Below are positions 1 through 13,124 of a stretch of DNA of 38,537 nucleotides, piece by piece. Below the pieces are notes generated by a model. It was not told the origin of the DNA. It worked only from the letters and a program-made list of their open reading frames with translations, and ran no database searches. The first letter of the stretch is position 1; every line of letters starts with the position of its first letter. Source of the DNA: Basidiobolus meristosporus CBS 931.73 (taxonomy: Eukaryota; Fungi; Basidiobolomycota); assembly GCA_002104905.1 (NCBI GenBank), contig MCFE01000762.1:1-38537 (forward strand), written 5' to 3'. A program made the position numbers and the translations under genes.

Positions 1-798
1 AGTTGGTGACTTTGTTGGCTTCGTTGCGTTCTATCGGGATGTATGATTAGGATACGGCCTGGTTGAAGGACGAGCAGAGAACTCACCAGATTCTCGGTTG
101 ACCAGGTACTGGATCAGATTATGCATAAGCTGGTCTTGGGCCACCATACTTTTCCTGAACATCAGGATTTCTTCAATCATCATTTGATAATTCTTGCTGA
201 GGGACTGCAGGTAGTTGGCCATGTCAGTCTGGGCTTTGCTGACATTACTGACTTGGAAGTGGAGATCGTCGGCCACCGCCTTAATATCCTCTGGTAAGGC
301 ACCCGAGCCGGTTAAAGCTTTATTCTTGTTGGGTATTTTACGCTGATGGTAGCAAGGGTTTGTTAGCTCGGCCGTCAAGTGGTCGACATGGCGCCAAGGA
401 ACCTACTTTGATCTTCTCAAGCAGCTCCCGTTTGTTGTACTGAAACTTTGGGTGTTGGAATTCCCAGGCCTAAATCAAGCCACCGGTGGTCAATACACAA
501 ATGCTCACGGGTGTGGATCTAGAATTGAAAGTGGGGTTACCTGCTCGCCATATGGTTTACTTCCATCCTCTGTATTTTTGATCTTGTGGAAATCGTACTT
601 ATTCAGCTGGCGAACAAAGCTCGCGAAGTTGTTATGCTTGAAATGCTTGGGAAGTATGTTTCTGGCAAATTCGTTGGGCTGCTTCACCACAAAAGAATCT
701 CCATTTATTCCCCAAGAAACTATATGACTATGAATGGAGTCTTCCAACATTCGATATAGCTTCTTTACAAAATCTGGAACACCGGATGGAGTGGACAT
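1..798 (-). CDS. HSF-type DNA-binding transcription factor with coiled coil, probably Skn7/Prr1-like; 3' part runs off the left edge
   Basis: Exons 798-541, 469-407, 342-87 and 30-<1 have GT-AG introns and splice in frame. Protein: MSTPSGVPDFVKKLYRMLED...FARNILPKHFKHNNFASFVRQLNKYDFHK...AWEFQHPKF...LLEKIKRK, the HSF domain signature, followed by an amphipathic helix. The Skn7-type call is an inference because no receiver domain is inside the window. Confidence 0.92.
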
Positions 799-3700
799 TT
801 TGAAAGAGAAATTAGGCTGTTGAGGGGGGACTTCCGATAAATATCGATATCAATGCTGCTGTAAACCTAGGGACTACTGAGTGAAAAGAAACTTCAAGCT
901 AGCCTATCTGGAGATAAGCCTCTTAATTATATAGGGCTTGACAGAGTAAGCACATTGATTTAGAAATATCACTACTGATGCCTACAGGGGTAGCGAAGTA
1001 CATTTCTAGAGAGATTTCAAAAAGAAATTTCTTATTCCAAAAATGGATATAACCGATCACATCGGGGTACGTCGATGCATCCAGAACATGCCTGTGACTC
1101 TGAATCTGGAATCGCACTAGATTCGAGAATTTGAAATAGGCCCGATTATTTCAGTCGAATGAATTGACTATCGTTGATCTTCCGATATGGTTGGATTGAC
1201 TTCTGATCCATTCTGTGAAATATGTTGGTGTGATGGTTTGATGTCGTGAGCTCACCGTCTTCATGTTGCACAAGACGGAGGCAAATGCAAATAAGTGGAT
1301 GCTAGACTCCAAGTCTTTGTTGCCGACGAGAAGTAAACAAGCATGGAAAATCACGCTTTCCGCCTCGATTGCAATGAAGTGTAAACGGTGCTAGTGTTGG
1401 TCAATCACCAATGCTTCCGCGACATGCGTCCACAAATCCGCTCAAAACATATGACAAATAACTGAGCGCTGGATGAGCTTGAATGGCCCAAAACAGCTAC
1501 AATTGGCGTTGCGCAAAGCAACAACCTACAGAGTGACTTCACGCATGTCGAAGTCCAGTGTAAATGAAAACTGACCAATGCTGAGGTACTGTTGAAATGG
1601 GCAAACTGAGTCCAACTTCGTGAATCATCATCAACCCACACATCTATTCAACCATTCGGACAGGCTCAAGGGTATCACTGTCAAAGGTCCGATTTTCACA
1701 AGACTCTTAATCTATCTAATCTGACCATGCCTCCACGAGGATTTGTGCTGAATGCATCTCCGGATGTACTGACGAGGGCTTCATCAGCAATGCTGCACAG
1801 ATTAATACCCGTATGCACTACGAGAGCCATTTAGTGCATAGTTTTTTATATGAAGATCTGGAGATATTTGCTGCTGCATGCCTGATGCAAAATCGGATTC
1901 CAGAATTGCGCAAGCGGGATCCTGAGATACTGCGCAATCTAGAACACGCCTATCTAATCTCTCTGAGCCCTCGGAAGGTCTAGACAGCTTGACAGGGCAT
2001 ATGGGAAATTCACCGAGATCTAGGTAAATCCAGATTGATCCAGACTGTCAAATCCCATCGTTTTGGCCTGGTGATCATCAAATGAATTCCCATTTTGCAA
2101 AGCTCGATCTGCATATCTGTGATTCATCTGGTGAGTAAACATACCAATTGACCCATTTTGAAGTGACAAAATAGAGAAACATGTTTGGAGGTCTCAACAC
2201 CCGATGTGATTCCATTTTGGTTACCGTGTGGAGTATCAATGACACCGTTTAATTTCAAACTGCTGTTTGAATGCAATGGCTCACTTCAGAGCCACTGAGT
2301 GGGGCAATTAAGCGACGATATGCCTATATTCTTGCCTGTCTTGAACTGTCACCACAATCATCCCTTATGGAGCCATTGTCTCAACTAGCTCTACATTGGC
2401 GGGCTGTGATAGCCACAACATTACCCTGTAGAAGTGCGTTTCGAGAGACAACAGCCTAGATACATTCTGCAAGCGCTACTGATTCAGGCGGCTCACATTT
2501 GTGGTGCGAGGATTGCCCACGGAAATCAGCACCAAAGATTCCTCGAACGCCGGCAGCTGGGTGTATTTCAAATGCTGACCTGCGGTTTCCCTTATGTATA
2601 TTATTTTTAGCTGCTAATCGTCGGCCACACCATATGGCTGTCACGACGGAGCACAAGGTTTAATATACTTCTATATTCCATTATTTGGCAACCAGGTTGG
2701 CCCAAGTAATCTCTAACACAGCAAATGCGTGAAGTAAATGGAAGATCACCACGAGCCGTTGGTAAGATCTCCTACTCAATGATCAGGAGAGTCATCGGCT
2801 CATGCTACGACGTGGCCATCATGGTTTACGAGGTGTGGGCTACTGTAGATCTTTCTATCCACTCCAGGTAGGAAATATGATATCTATTATTGCAACATGC
2901 TCCCAAATTTGTGCCATACGAATTTCCTTGTAGGTCGGTACTAATCGGGAACCTCTTGTATTTTAGCGTTTATTTGCTATCACGGCTTATCCATATTTGC
3001 AGTGAACCAGCATTACGTATTAGTCAGTCACCCATTCCCAAATTAAGGATAATTGGCTTCTGTATACACGCAGTTAGCTGATATTATGCGTTCATATTTG
3101 CCGTCGAGTGTTCCTAGAGTAGAGCGGACTGTATCCATATACCTAGGTGATTAATCCAAAGGCAACAGATGTAGACGAAATCAGTAGTCTAGGTTGTGGA
3201 TGGTCTAGGAAGGAATCCCAAGAAAATCTACCCGGTGGTGGCAGTAAAATTGGTGTTCGAAAGTCAGCATGGTGCCTGCCTTGGCAATTGAAATCCCGTT
3301 CGCAAATGCGTATCGATAGCACGAATACATGTTGGTATTAGAACCATCCACCCCATCGTTGCCAACCAGCTCCCGAGTTTGCCTGGCATCATTCCCCCAA
3401 ATCTCTAGCATGGGCCGGTAGTGGAACTATCGAATCATGGAAAGAACTGATTTAGGCCTTGCTCTAACTGAGATTCACTTTGCAGTGAGGTGAAGGTTTG
3501 TGGCTCAGTGATAAATCAACTGACATCAATCATCTGGGACATGACTGTAGTGGAATCCTTGACATCTCAACAATAGTTGGATCACTCAATACATGAAGTG
3601 CACGGGATAGTGGGAAAAGCTCCAGCGCTGAGCAAGAAATATGGTTTCTGGGGTATTTCTGGCTATTCGTTACTGCATACGATGTGCATGCAAATTCTTG

Positions 3701-5207
3701 TTTAACACACACATGTAGCTTCAAAAAATGCAAGATACATTCTCATATACCAGATATAGAGAAGTAGAGAATCCAGCATTAGGCTATGGCTCAGCAAGTT
3801 TCCCTAAAAGGTTTAAAAATCCCCACCCAGCCAAGCATGTTGAAGCTGATAGGTGGAATACAGAGTTTTGAGCAAACCAAATCATTGCTAACGCCCATCT
3901 TCTGAACTGAAGTGGCGAGCAGTCAAGCAATCATATAGCTCGTGCTCGCGTGGTGATTCCCTAGACACCGTAGCGGGGTAGAGTCTTGGATAGCATCGCC
4001 ATTGTGAAGCCTGGGGTATTGGATGGTTAATCCTTCTTATCACGTTTTCATCTCATGCCGGCTATCCTACTCCTAAGCACAATCGATACGAGGTGTTCCG
4101 TCCTAACATGATAGAGGATGCTAAATACTGGCTTGATTTCCTCCACCGCAGCCATGATGATCAGAATACCAGCCGACTCTCCCCTATTTTAGACCGATAA
4201 TACAGTATATATTGCACGTACATGTAGAGTGGAACCTACTCTCTCCGGCCAGTGGGCATGGAGAAAAGGGGGCGACTTACAATGTGCCAGATATCGGAGA
4301 TCATGCCTCTAGCTCACACCATAATGTGGCTATTCAGTCGCTGGTGGGCAAATATTCGGTCCTACAAATCAAACACAGCTTTGTGCTATAAAAGCGCCAT
4401 GAACTATTCGATGATTGCGCGAATAGTCAGGCGATTCCCACCCTGTATCACAAACGGCTATAGGCAAACATGAATATCACGTTTACGCTGTACCCTGGAT
4501 TTCATAGAAGCTCCTGCAAAGATTCCACGCAAATTCCAAGCTTGGTGGAAGTTACGGGTCACACATGGCAGGTAATTTGCGCAAGCGCCCACATGTAACT
4601 CGGGATTCATCCACCAGTTTTGTATGATTATTGGGGTGGGAGGCAGTGTATACTCCCTCGATCCATCCCCAAAATGTTTCTCCGAAGAACAAGTTCACTA
4701 TCGAAGAGTGCATTCCATTGGCATACAGAATTGTGAACTCCAAACCATCTGTAGTCGATCTCAACATCATTTATAATACTCAACGCAGGTTTGGCATGTG
4801 GAAATGCCCCTAATTCTTGACGACAACGTGTGGAATTCAAAGGGTTTGGTTAGTCAAGGTGGTTGCTGTATGATTATGTATTCTGATTTCTTTGGCTCCC
4901 AAGGGTGGGTTCCAGCATGGTCGAAATAGCTTATGATACAGCTGGCCACCCATCTATTAGAGGTTTTCCCATGTGCGGCAAAAAGATCCCTTAAAATAGC
5001 CTTGGAAACCAATTGGACTTCTAGGATGCATCTTACTTTGGAAGATACCAGAAAAGGCGATTGTACGGTACTCAATTTGAAATATGTCAGCAATTAACCA
5101 CATCCTCCCCAACGTTTGATCGGTTCCCTTCGGAAGCTTATGACCTCATTTGCTCCTGAGCTGACACTAAAATGCATGCACTTGAATTGGCAGACGGGTC
5201 GGTTTTG

Positions 5208-5215
5208 TATAAATA
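5208..5215 (+). promoter_or_regulatory. TATA box (TATAAATA) of the NDUFA4-like gene
   Basis: Consensus TATAAATA about 52 nt upstream of the ATG at 5267; AATAAA follows the gene at 5621-5626. Confidence 0.55.
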
Positions 5216-5266
5216 ATGAAGCCATGGCTGCTACAAACTTCACCCTTCACTTCTGAATAAGCAACA

Positions 5267-5512
5267 ATGGCCGCTAGAGCAGGATTCATGAAAAACTGGT
5301 ACACTTTGGAAGTCCTTCCCATCGTTGGCATTCTCAGCATGGCCGTTGGTGGTGCTGCCTGGTACGTCTCTCGTCTCGCCCGTGGTTCTCAAGTTGTTTG
5401 GGACAGAAAGGGCAACCCCTACCCCTGGAGAAGCATTGAACAAGATACCAACCAAAAGCTCTATGCTGTGAACAAGGAGTTCAACAAGTCATGGTCCAGA
5501 GACAGATTTTAA
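5267..5512 (+). CDS. NDUFA4/B12D-family small mitochondrial membrane protein (81 aa)
   Basis: Intronless ORF with one TM segment (EVLPIVGILSMAVGGAAWYVSRLA) followed by VVWDRKGNPYPW, typical of the NDUFA4/B12D family. Confidence 0.85.
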   Translation: MAARAGFMKNWYTLEVLPIVGILSMAVGGAAWYVSRLARGSQVVWDRKGNPYPWRSIEQDTNQKLYAVNKEFNKSWSRDRF

Positions 5513-8500
5513 ATCCTAAACTCCGCTTGCAACTTGTTGCTCCATTTGTATACCTATCGCTCCTATGTAATCATCCAAAGAAGTGGTACGAGTGTTTGGA
5601 TTGTACCGCTTCCTCAATGCAATAAACCAGTCTGTAATCGAAGTTTACCCGACACCTTCAGATTTTCAGGTTAAATCTAAGTTGCATCCGGGGGTCGCTA
5701 AATCATTTTAGACCCGCTACCTGGGAGTCTTTCACCAGGTCAGGTTGATCTCCGATTTCTAGCTGTGATCAATCATTCACGCTATGTGCTCGTCTTGATT
5801 TGGCATGCTGGGCTTATTTGGATCTCCAGATGTCATGCCGCTAGAGCCGGATTTCAATCCAGAAAGTGGCATTTTCAGGCGCAACTTTAGTCATCGTGAA
5901 CTATACATATGCTGTGTTTTGGGCAGGTGGCATGATATTCCCACAATGGCAAACCCAAGCCTCGAATACCAAGGAATAGAATTGGTGGATCTATGAATTG
6001 GTAAAATATCTCCAGGATCCCCCGCCTTCTGCTTTGACAAAGCAATGAGATGTTTCCATACAACCAGTAGTCGAATCTGTACTGGTTCCATTTTGGTTAC
6101 AAAAGCTACCAATCTGGCAGGATCTGTTTGGGTAATGGTGATCGACTTGTGTGCTTTTGTTGGCGGGATGCCATTCCTATAATCTCAGAGCACATCCATG
6201 TGCCGAGAAACTTGGTCAATTACCCCCTGTAATCCGATTTTTGCATAGGCTTTGCAATGGCCAGTGAACGAGTGTGCGTCTAAATGGTATTTTATTCGAG
6301 TATAGATATACATGTACTGCTTAAAATTCAACTAGTCACCAGGGAGAATCAAGTAATCTCTACTTGTGCGTGAAAAGGGCGAAGGTGTTTAACAAATTCA
6401 AGCAATCATTGCAAGGTGACAGGGCTCAGGACCATGCAAAGAGTTTTCTATGGAATCCCAACAGACCTAATGGGTACGATGGGTGTTTGATTAACGGAAC
6501 GGAACGACCTGCAAGCATCGGAATAGGGAATGTTCGTCATGTAGTACTTTGAAGTTATGCTGTTCATGATGTTGACAAACCTTTGATTACTCCATGGTTC
6601 GTTAAGAACGCGTGTATATCTCGACTAGACACCAACAGGTCGCTGTATCCCTTACAGATCCCGTGTAGCTCTCGGATTATGGCGGATGGGGTAACAGGGA
6701 TATCCGAGTTCAAGTAAGAAGTGGGGAACCAACGTTTGATGGTGGATACCTCCCCTTTAGAATAGTCAATCATATTCAACACGATTGTCAGGTCAACGAA
6801 AACGAGTGAGAAACTAACCGGTTCGGTAGTTCACAGTCAAAAGAAAAACGTAGGCCTCTGGTCTATATTCCGGCAAAAGTGAGCACGCGAGCTTATCAAC
6901 ATTAAACGACCTGACTTACGGACTGCCCATGACCATGGGGCTACATGCAAACGCCGACACTAATAGCAAGATGTAGTCTTCATGGGGGAAGTTCTAAAGG
7001 AATGATTTAGCCTTAGTTGCTGTGAACAGCGAGCTTCGATAAACAAGAATGCCTCACCAGCAGAATTCGAGAGTTGTAGTCAACAATGCGAAGATTATCT
7101 TCGATAGAAGTCATCTCGAAGCTAAGGTAGCCCTCAAGGTCAAATGTGATCTGCTTGTGCTGTCTGGACTGAGCTACTGTGAACTAGTGGTGCCAAGAAA
7201 TCGGACATACATACCTGGAAAGAATCTATACAGGATGAGGTTGCGGTATTTATATCAACTACATAGCTTTCAGTGCATAAATCTGAGTTCTTCGACCACA
7301 GTCCATGCTCCTAAGATGATTGTAAGTAATGGTGGCATCGATAAATGCGTTAACCGTCATTTGCATACTGGCAGAAAAGGCGTTTCGGTGGAAACCTGTG
7401 TGTCATTTGAATTTCGGTAATGTACAAAATGGATAGCCTCGCCCGAATTCAATATAAGCGTGTTTGGGCTTGAAAAGAGAACGGCGATATTTGCTTTGGG
7501 ATAGGGCGGGTGCAATGTGTAACTCAATCGAAACATCCCGGCTTGTGTCCTGCTTTTTGGGTTTTTTAGAACTTTTATCAAACTCATATTAGAGGTGAGC
7601 CTAGTACAATAATTAGGTAAAATTTACTCACAATCCAAGTCAAGTATGATACATACTGCTTTTGAGTGATGCCTGCCATGAAAAACTATTTTGAACCATC
7701 GTCAGTACGTTGTATGGATACGTATAGCATGTTGGGAAGAATTTGTACAGGCAAATTGCTCGTCTTTAGATTCGGCAGCGGTTAATTCCATCTCCTCTTT
7801 TAAAACGGTGGCTCGGTATTAATTAATCAATCAGCAACAAAGCAAACATATCAACATACCATCTGAGCCGAACAAATATGCAGTTGCTACTTTTCTCAAA
7901 CGTCCAGCAAGTTGGAATTCCCAGAATATTGCATAATATTCCCATTTGATTCCATACTCCTCTTCACTCATGATGCATTGATAGGATACTGAAGAAAGCA
8001 TGCCATTAGTAACATGAACCCTCGAGCCAGCCAAAAAGTATTTACTGACGCAGATGGTAACCATCTTTCATAAAACCCAGTATTATGACCGTCTTGATCT
8101 GAGGGACATTATTAAAATCTGCACAAATCAATGGAATGCTTCAAAACCAAAAGTACCTCTTCATTCAAGTCGACCACATCTTCAATTTTATAAAGCAATC
8201 TTTTGCAAGTTTGAAAATCGATTGATGTAAGCACGATCAGCAAGCGAATGCTATTATATGAAACACGCACCTTTCAGGAATTGTGCTATACCAGGTGTTT
8301 TTCCTTTCACAACGAACACCTAATTCCCGAGATAGTAGGCCTCTTGAGATCTTGGACAAAGGTGACTGCATTCTTTACAGACGATATAATTGAATATTCG
8401 GTCTTCGCCACAACTACCTCTTAGCGGCTCACTAAAAGTATTTGGGTGACTCGATTGTTGTTGATCGATGTTGACATATCTTGCATTTTCGTACCGAAAA

Positions 8501-8879
8501 CCTGGGTGCGTGCATGATGCGATTTATATCAATTGTCATCCGTATTCACTTTTCCCATTTTCCTATTAGTCCCATAATCTGAATAGAGCATTTGACTATC
8601 GTGACTCACCCACCTCAGCAATTAAAGCAAACCCTCTTCAAAATTCATGTTCCGAGCTTAAGAAAACGCTTAAGATATTCTGCACATTTGGCGTGGATAT
8701 CGGTGGGAATTAGCTGAATCCAAAAATATAGAATGTTCGCCGCAAACCGCAGTATCTCAATCATGTTTGCCGAGCATTTAAGAACTCCGCAACAAATCAA
8801 AGCAAGATTCCGCCGGCCATATATTTTCTCGAGCACCCTCCGCCGGATTTTATCTTTGCCCACCCCACCCCACCCCACG

Positions 8880-9677
8880 ATGAAAACCAAAGGAGCTGTA
8901 AGAAGAGGGAACAGAGAGCTAGCCAACTTCACAGATCCTTACGCCGAAGATTACATTGATTCAAAGCCTGAAATCGTTCGGGTGCAGCCACATCAACGTT
9001 TTGCGATAGCCTATCTGGTTACAGTTCTATGCGGTAGTTTCATCAACCTACTGGTTGATTCGTCAACGCATACGCATTACTTTACTCGGAAGGGCAACCT
9101 GTTCAACGCGTACTTTGTCAAGTACGGCTGGGCGTGGACCAGTGGCTGCTTTCTCTTATTCTCTGCTTTTTCATCGACGTACAGAAGTAAGAAGAAAACG
9201 CTTGCTTCACTTTTACGTTGGTTCCTCGCCAGCATGTATTGGTATATCGTCACTCAGCGATTTTTTGGGCCTCCCATAACGGATCGCGTGTACATTTTAT
9301 CTGGCGGGGCTTGTTCGTTGCCTGGGATCTATGATTCTTATTCCTGCAAACGAAAGGGCGGTCTTTGGTTCGGAGGTCACGATCTTTCCGGCCATTGTCT
9401 TTTGCTGATTCATTCTTCCCTGTTCTTATGGGAGGAATTGCAAGTCCTGTTGTTTGACGCTCGAGTATACAAGCATATTCAACGGAGCTTTTGGCAGCGA
9501 AATGTGAGTAAATTCCTGTTTTCCTTATGGGGCCTATGGTGGTGGATGCTTATCATGACTTCGATCTATTTCCACAACTTCTACGAGACATTAAGCGGTA
9601 CCCTATGTGGATATGGTTTCTGGTTTATTGCGTACGTCGTGATATACCCCAACACTCTCTTCCCAGGCACTCCATAG
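8880..9677 (+). CDS. FIT family (Scs3/Yft2/FITM-like) ER membrane acyl-CoA diphosphatase / lipid droplet protein, about 265 aa
   Basis: Motifs KGNLFNAYFVKYGWAWT, FGGHDLSGH, LFLWEE and WWWMLIMTSIYFH, with several TM segments. An in-frame upstream ATG at 8733 is an alternative start. Confidence 0.9.
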   Translation: MKTKGAVRRGNRELANFTDPYAEDYIDSKPEIVRVQPHQRFAIAYLVTVLCGSFINLLVDSSTHTHYFTRKGNLFNAYFVKYGWAWTSGCFLLFSAFSSTYRSKKKTLASLLRWFLASMYWYIVTQRFFGPPITDRVYILSGGACSLPGIYDSYSCKRKGGLWFGGHDLSGHCLLLIHSSLFLWEELQVLLFDARVYKHIQRSFWQRNVSKFLFSLWGLWWWMLIMTSIYFHNFYETLSGTLCGYGFWFIAYVVIYPNTLFPGTP

Positions 9678-9939
9678 GCACCAATGTAACAGTATTTAGA
9701 CCAGCATTCATTAATCACCATTACTGTCATTTGATGTTCATTCTGTCAGAGCAATAATAAATTAGAATTAGTTTGTAGAACTCAGTTGTGCTAATTCGGT
9801 TGTCAATCTGGTTTCCACACACGCGCACATCGCGTCATTGCAATATTCAAGTACAAAGCTCCTATTGAAGGTAACCTAATTAATGGCGACAGTTTTATTT
9901 CACACTCGTTTGTTTTAATACATTGTTGCGGTCATAACC

Positions 9940-10543
9940 TTAACGGCTGTTGGCGGCAACAGCGGGACGAGCGCCCTTGGCTTGTTGCTTAGAGATCTTG
10001 GGCTGAGAAGTACGAACCTCCTTCTTCTTTTGCTGGTCGGCCTTCTTCTTGTCCTTGGCATCACGAATGGCGGCTTGACGAGCAGCAGCACGAACCTCAG
10101 GCTTTTGGTTACGCTTAGCACGGATGGCTTCCCAGGAAGCACCGACAACGGCACGTTGGTGCTTGACGGTACGGCGGGTTCTCTTCTTGGCGACTTCCTC
10201 GGTGATGCCCTTCTTGTGCATACGACGGAAGACAACGGTCCAGCTGATCTTACGGGGGTTCATGCGTTGTTGGAAGAGGGACTCGGTCTTGGAGTCAACA
10301 AAGCGGAAGACCTAAGGAATGGTGTATTAATGTTAGCGTGCTCTCGCTTGCGCTCGTTAGTGTATCGAAGATACCGTACTTTGCTGTCGGAGCGGACAAA
10401 GAGTCTGCCATGACCAGGGTAGATCTTGTAACCAGAGAAGGAGCAAAGTTCGATTCTTTAAAGCATCCATGTGTGAGTTGATGTTGCAATATATGTTGTG
10501 GTGGGATGGATGTCTGGCGTGGAATACGCGATACTTACTTCAT
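9940..10543 (-). CDS. RPL24: 60S ribosomal protein L24 (eL24), 150 aa
   Basis: Exons 10543-10539, 10455-10380 and 10311-9940 give [31 protein letters not shown]...[18 protein letters not shown]...[12 protein letters not shown], with a Lys/Arg-rich tail. Confidence 0.97.
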
Positions 10544-11342
10544 GATGCGCTATAGGTAGCCGAGGCCGATTAAATGCACAAGATATACGGGAAAGAGTGT
10601 GCTCGTCACAGGAGAGGCAATCTTTTAAGGGGAGTCAGAAAATTGGGCAAAAAGATGAAAGGGACCCTAAATTTGGATCAGTACCTCGGATTGAAATTTT
10701 TCCAAGTGTCGCGCACCACGAAAAAGGTGGATCCCACCTAAATGATGTTGGATCGCCAGACAAAACAATCAAGCTGATGGTCGCAAAGGAGTAAGCATAT
10801 CCGAATTCGAACTCAATGCATGCCATTTCCGTGAAGTGAGCTGCGCGAATCAAGAAGAGCCGTCGTCCAAGGCAGACTTGGCCGAGGCGGTGGAAGATCA
10901 GTTGGCATCATGCTAGCGTGCACCATGTAGCACGCGTATGGATGGATCCTCTGAAGCAGTATCACAGGAGGGTGCCGGCTGTCGGAGGTGAACTCGGATC
11001 CATATTGCCAAGTCAAATTCGCTGGTGTCGATTGGGTTATGACATGCAACAAGAAGAGAGAAGGTCGGAAATAATGGCGGTTTTTTGAAACGATCTAAAA
11101 CCGAGGCCAGATCGCGAGGTTCTTGGTGTTGATGAGCACCATCAAAGGGTCATTTGTGGAGGCCGGTAGGGGAGTAATGTCGTTTGTTGATTCCTCCGGC
11201 GATGCGGAAACTCGGTTTTGAAATGGAAATCGAATCCTATGTGTTTCTGATTTACTGGGTATATATATCAAGTGCCGAATTGCATGGACTATCATTATCA
11301 CTTACAACATCGCTATCTGAGCAATCCATCTGCAAAGTTCAA

Positions 11343-12193
11343 ATGCTCACCTCGAATTCATTCAGTGTGACTGGCCTGGCCGCCATTTTGTATCTCTTCG
11401 GCAGGTTATCCATCTCTGTGCATGCAAACCTTGCCATAACCAGTCCTGTGAACAGTATCTGGGAGGCTGGGACGAAGAGTCTAATCACATGGTAGAGGTT
11501 GTGTATCTATTTTTGCGCGACCAAAAAAAACTAACCATTCATCTGCCCAGGACTGAGACAGGCGAGGGACCACCAGCCCCCGCAAGTTTTCCTTTGGACT
11601 TGATGCAAGGGCCGGCCACAGGGTTGCAATTGGTGCAGTCGATCACAAAAGAGGCCGATACCAAGGAGGGCCAGTACAACTGGGCCATTCCCGAGACTCT
11701 GCCACCTGGTAACTACTCGGTACGTGCTGGTACCCCCCCGAATGTTGTGTATAGTACCTATTTTGAGATCAAAGGGCCTGGCTCTGGCGGGGTGTCCTCA
11801 ACCCCGGCACCGCCCCCTCCCGCTCCCCCCAAGTCCAGCAAAAAACCAGAGAAAGGCTCAAAAAAGAGCCACCCCGAGGACAAGGCTAAAAAATCAAGTG
11901 CTCCAGGCAGTTCTTCCAGCATTAGCACTGCCACCACATCAGCTGCCTTACCTCCTGGCACCCCTTCCGCTATTCCCATCACAGTCCAAAAATCTACCAA
12001 CGCAACAACACCGGCTGATCATAAAACTACCCCTCCAGGGGCGAGTGATCAAAAGGGTGCCCAGCCTTCTGGGTCGAGCGTTTCGGCTTCTGGCGGTAAA
12101 AAGTCCCACGAAAACGTAGCCACCGTTTCTAAGGCACAATTTGTGGGGCTTGTGGTGTGCGCAGCCCTAGGGAGCCATTTTTACCTCCATTAA
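11343..12193 (+). CDS. Secreted Ser/Thr/Pro-rich, probably GPI-anchored cell-surface protein with Kre9/Knh1-like N-terminal domain (263 aa)
   Basis: Exons 11343-11491 and 11551-12193 (59-nt intron). Signal peptide, then AITSP...WEAG...ITW...DLMQG...GQYNWAIPETLPPGNYSVR...YSTYFEI, a low-complexity S/T/P/K stalk and a hydrophobic C-terminus. Confidence 0.8.
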
Positions 12194-13124
12194 GGAAAGC
12201 GTTAGGCGTAGCCTCTGTCCTGGGCATATCGAGGCCTGCGTATCTACCGTGAATGGTACTTTGATTTCTTTATTCATTACTTTGGTCAATATGGGGAAGA
12301 TTGCACTACAGTTTCCAGTAGGAGCTTGTTTCGAGATACTTTCCGATTGGATTTCTCCATTTTGAGAAGCTTGGAGCTCCAAAGCTCGCTACTAGCCATG
12401 TTAGGTTAATCACTGGTGTCCTGTTCCCTAATATCTCCACATACATCCATATTCACTGATATCTTGAAGAAATCAAACTACTATAAATGAAAGAGATTGC
12501 TAATACATCATTCTACTTTGAAGCCGGTTCTGTTATAATGAAACCTATCTTGTGTTTGAGGAAGTAGCCAGGTGTCAGTACTTGGTAAGCGCTGAAATCT
12601 CTAGCCATATCAAATTTCTGCATGGAGCCATAACATTGCCGGAGACATGGGCAATGTCCTGAATCAGGGCAAGCTTGCGATTAAGAGGGTGTATATGGTT
12701 GATTGGTGAAAGGGGGTTTTCTTTAGCTCATGCAAGGCGCATCATACTGCATAGTATTGGCTCAGGAGTAGCGTATGGTCCGTACATGATGCTTGGTACA
12801 CATTCTAGGTAGTGGATCTATGTGGCCTGTTGTTTTTCAGGCATTTTTGCAAACACGTTTCCGATGGCAACTGATTCAACACATATATGAATCTACATGT
12901 AGTATTTACCATGCTATTGACCAGTTTGGTTTCTCTTGCTTCATCTCCTTTTCACCTGTCACCTTATTGATTGTCATAATACTGTACTTGGACGCAGTTA
13001 AGTGTATCTAGGTCCGAAGTCTTCGTAGTAGTTCTTTTCCCGTTACAGGATTTGGCGTCAGCGCTCCGGTGAACCAGAACAAACTTCTGCACGGTGCCCA
13101 ACAGACATCCGATGCTCGGTGAAG

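Noticed and set aside
6564-8064. Several 70-120 aa ORFs with protein-like composition
   Set aside because: Interrupted by stops, no family recognised, and no consistent exon chain could be built.
9982-10413. 143-aa plus-strand ORF
   Set aside because: Antisense shadow of RPL24 running across its intron; explained by codon bias.
10798-10822. GTTCGAAT T-loop-like motif on the minus strand
   Set aside because: Flanks do not form a T-stem or cloverleaf; no tRNA called anywhere in the window.
11758-12000. 80-aa minus-strand ORF; also the 11724-12119 alternate-frame ORF
   Set aside because: Shadows of the low-complexity stalk of the GPI-type protein.
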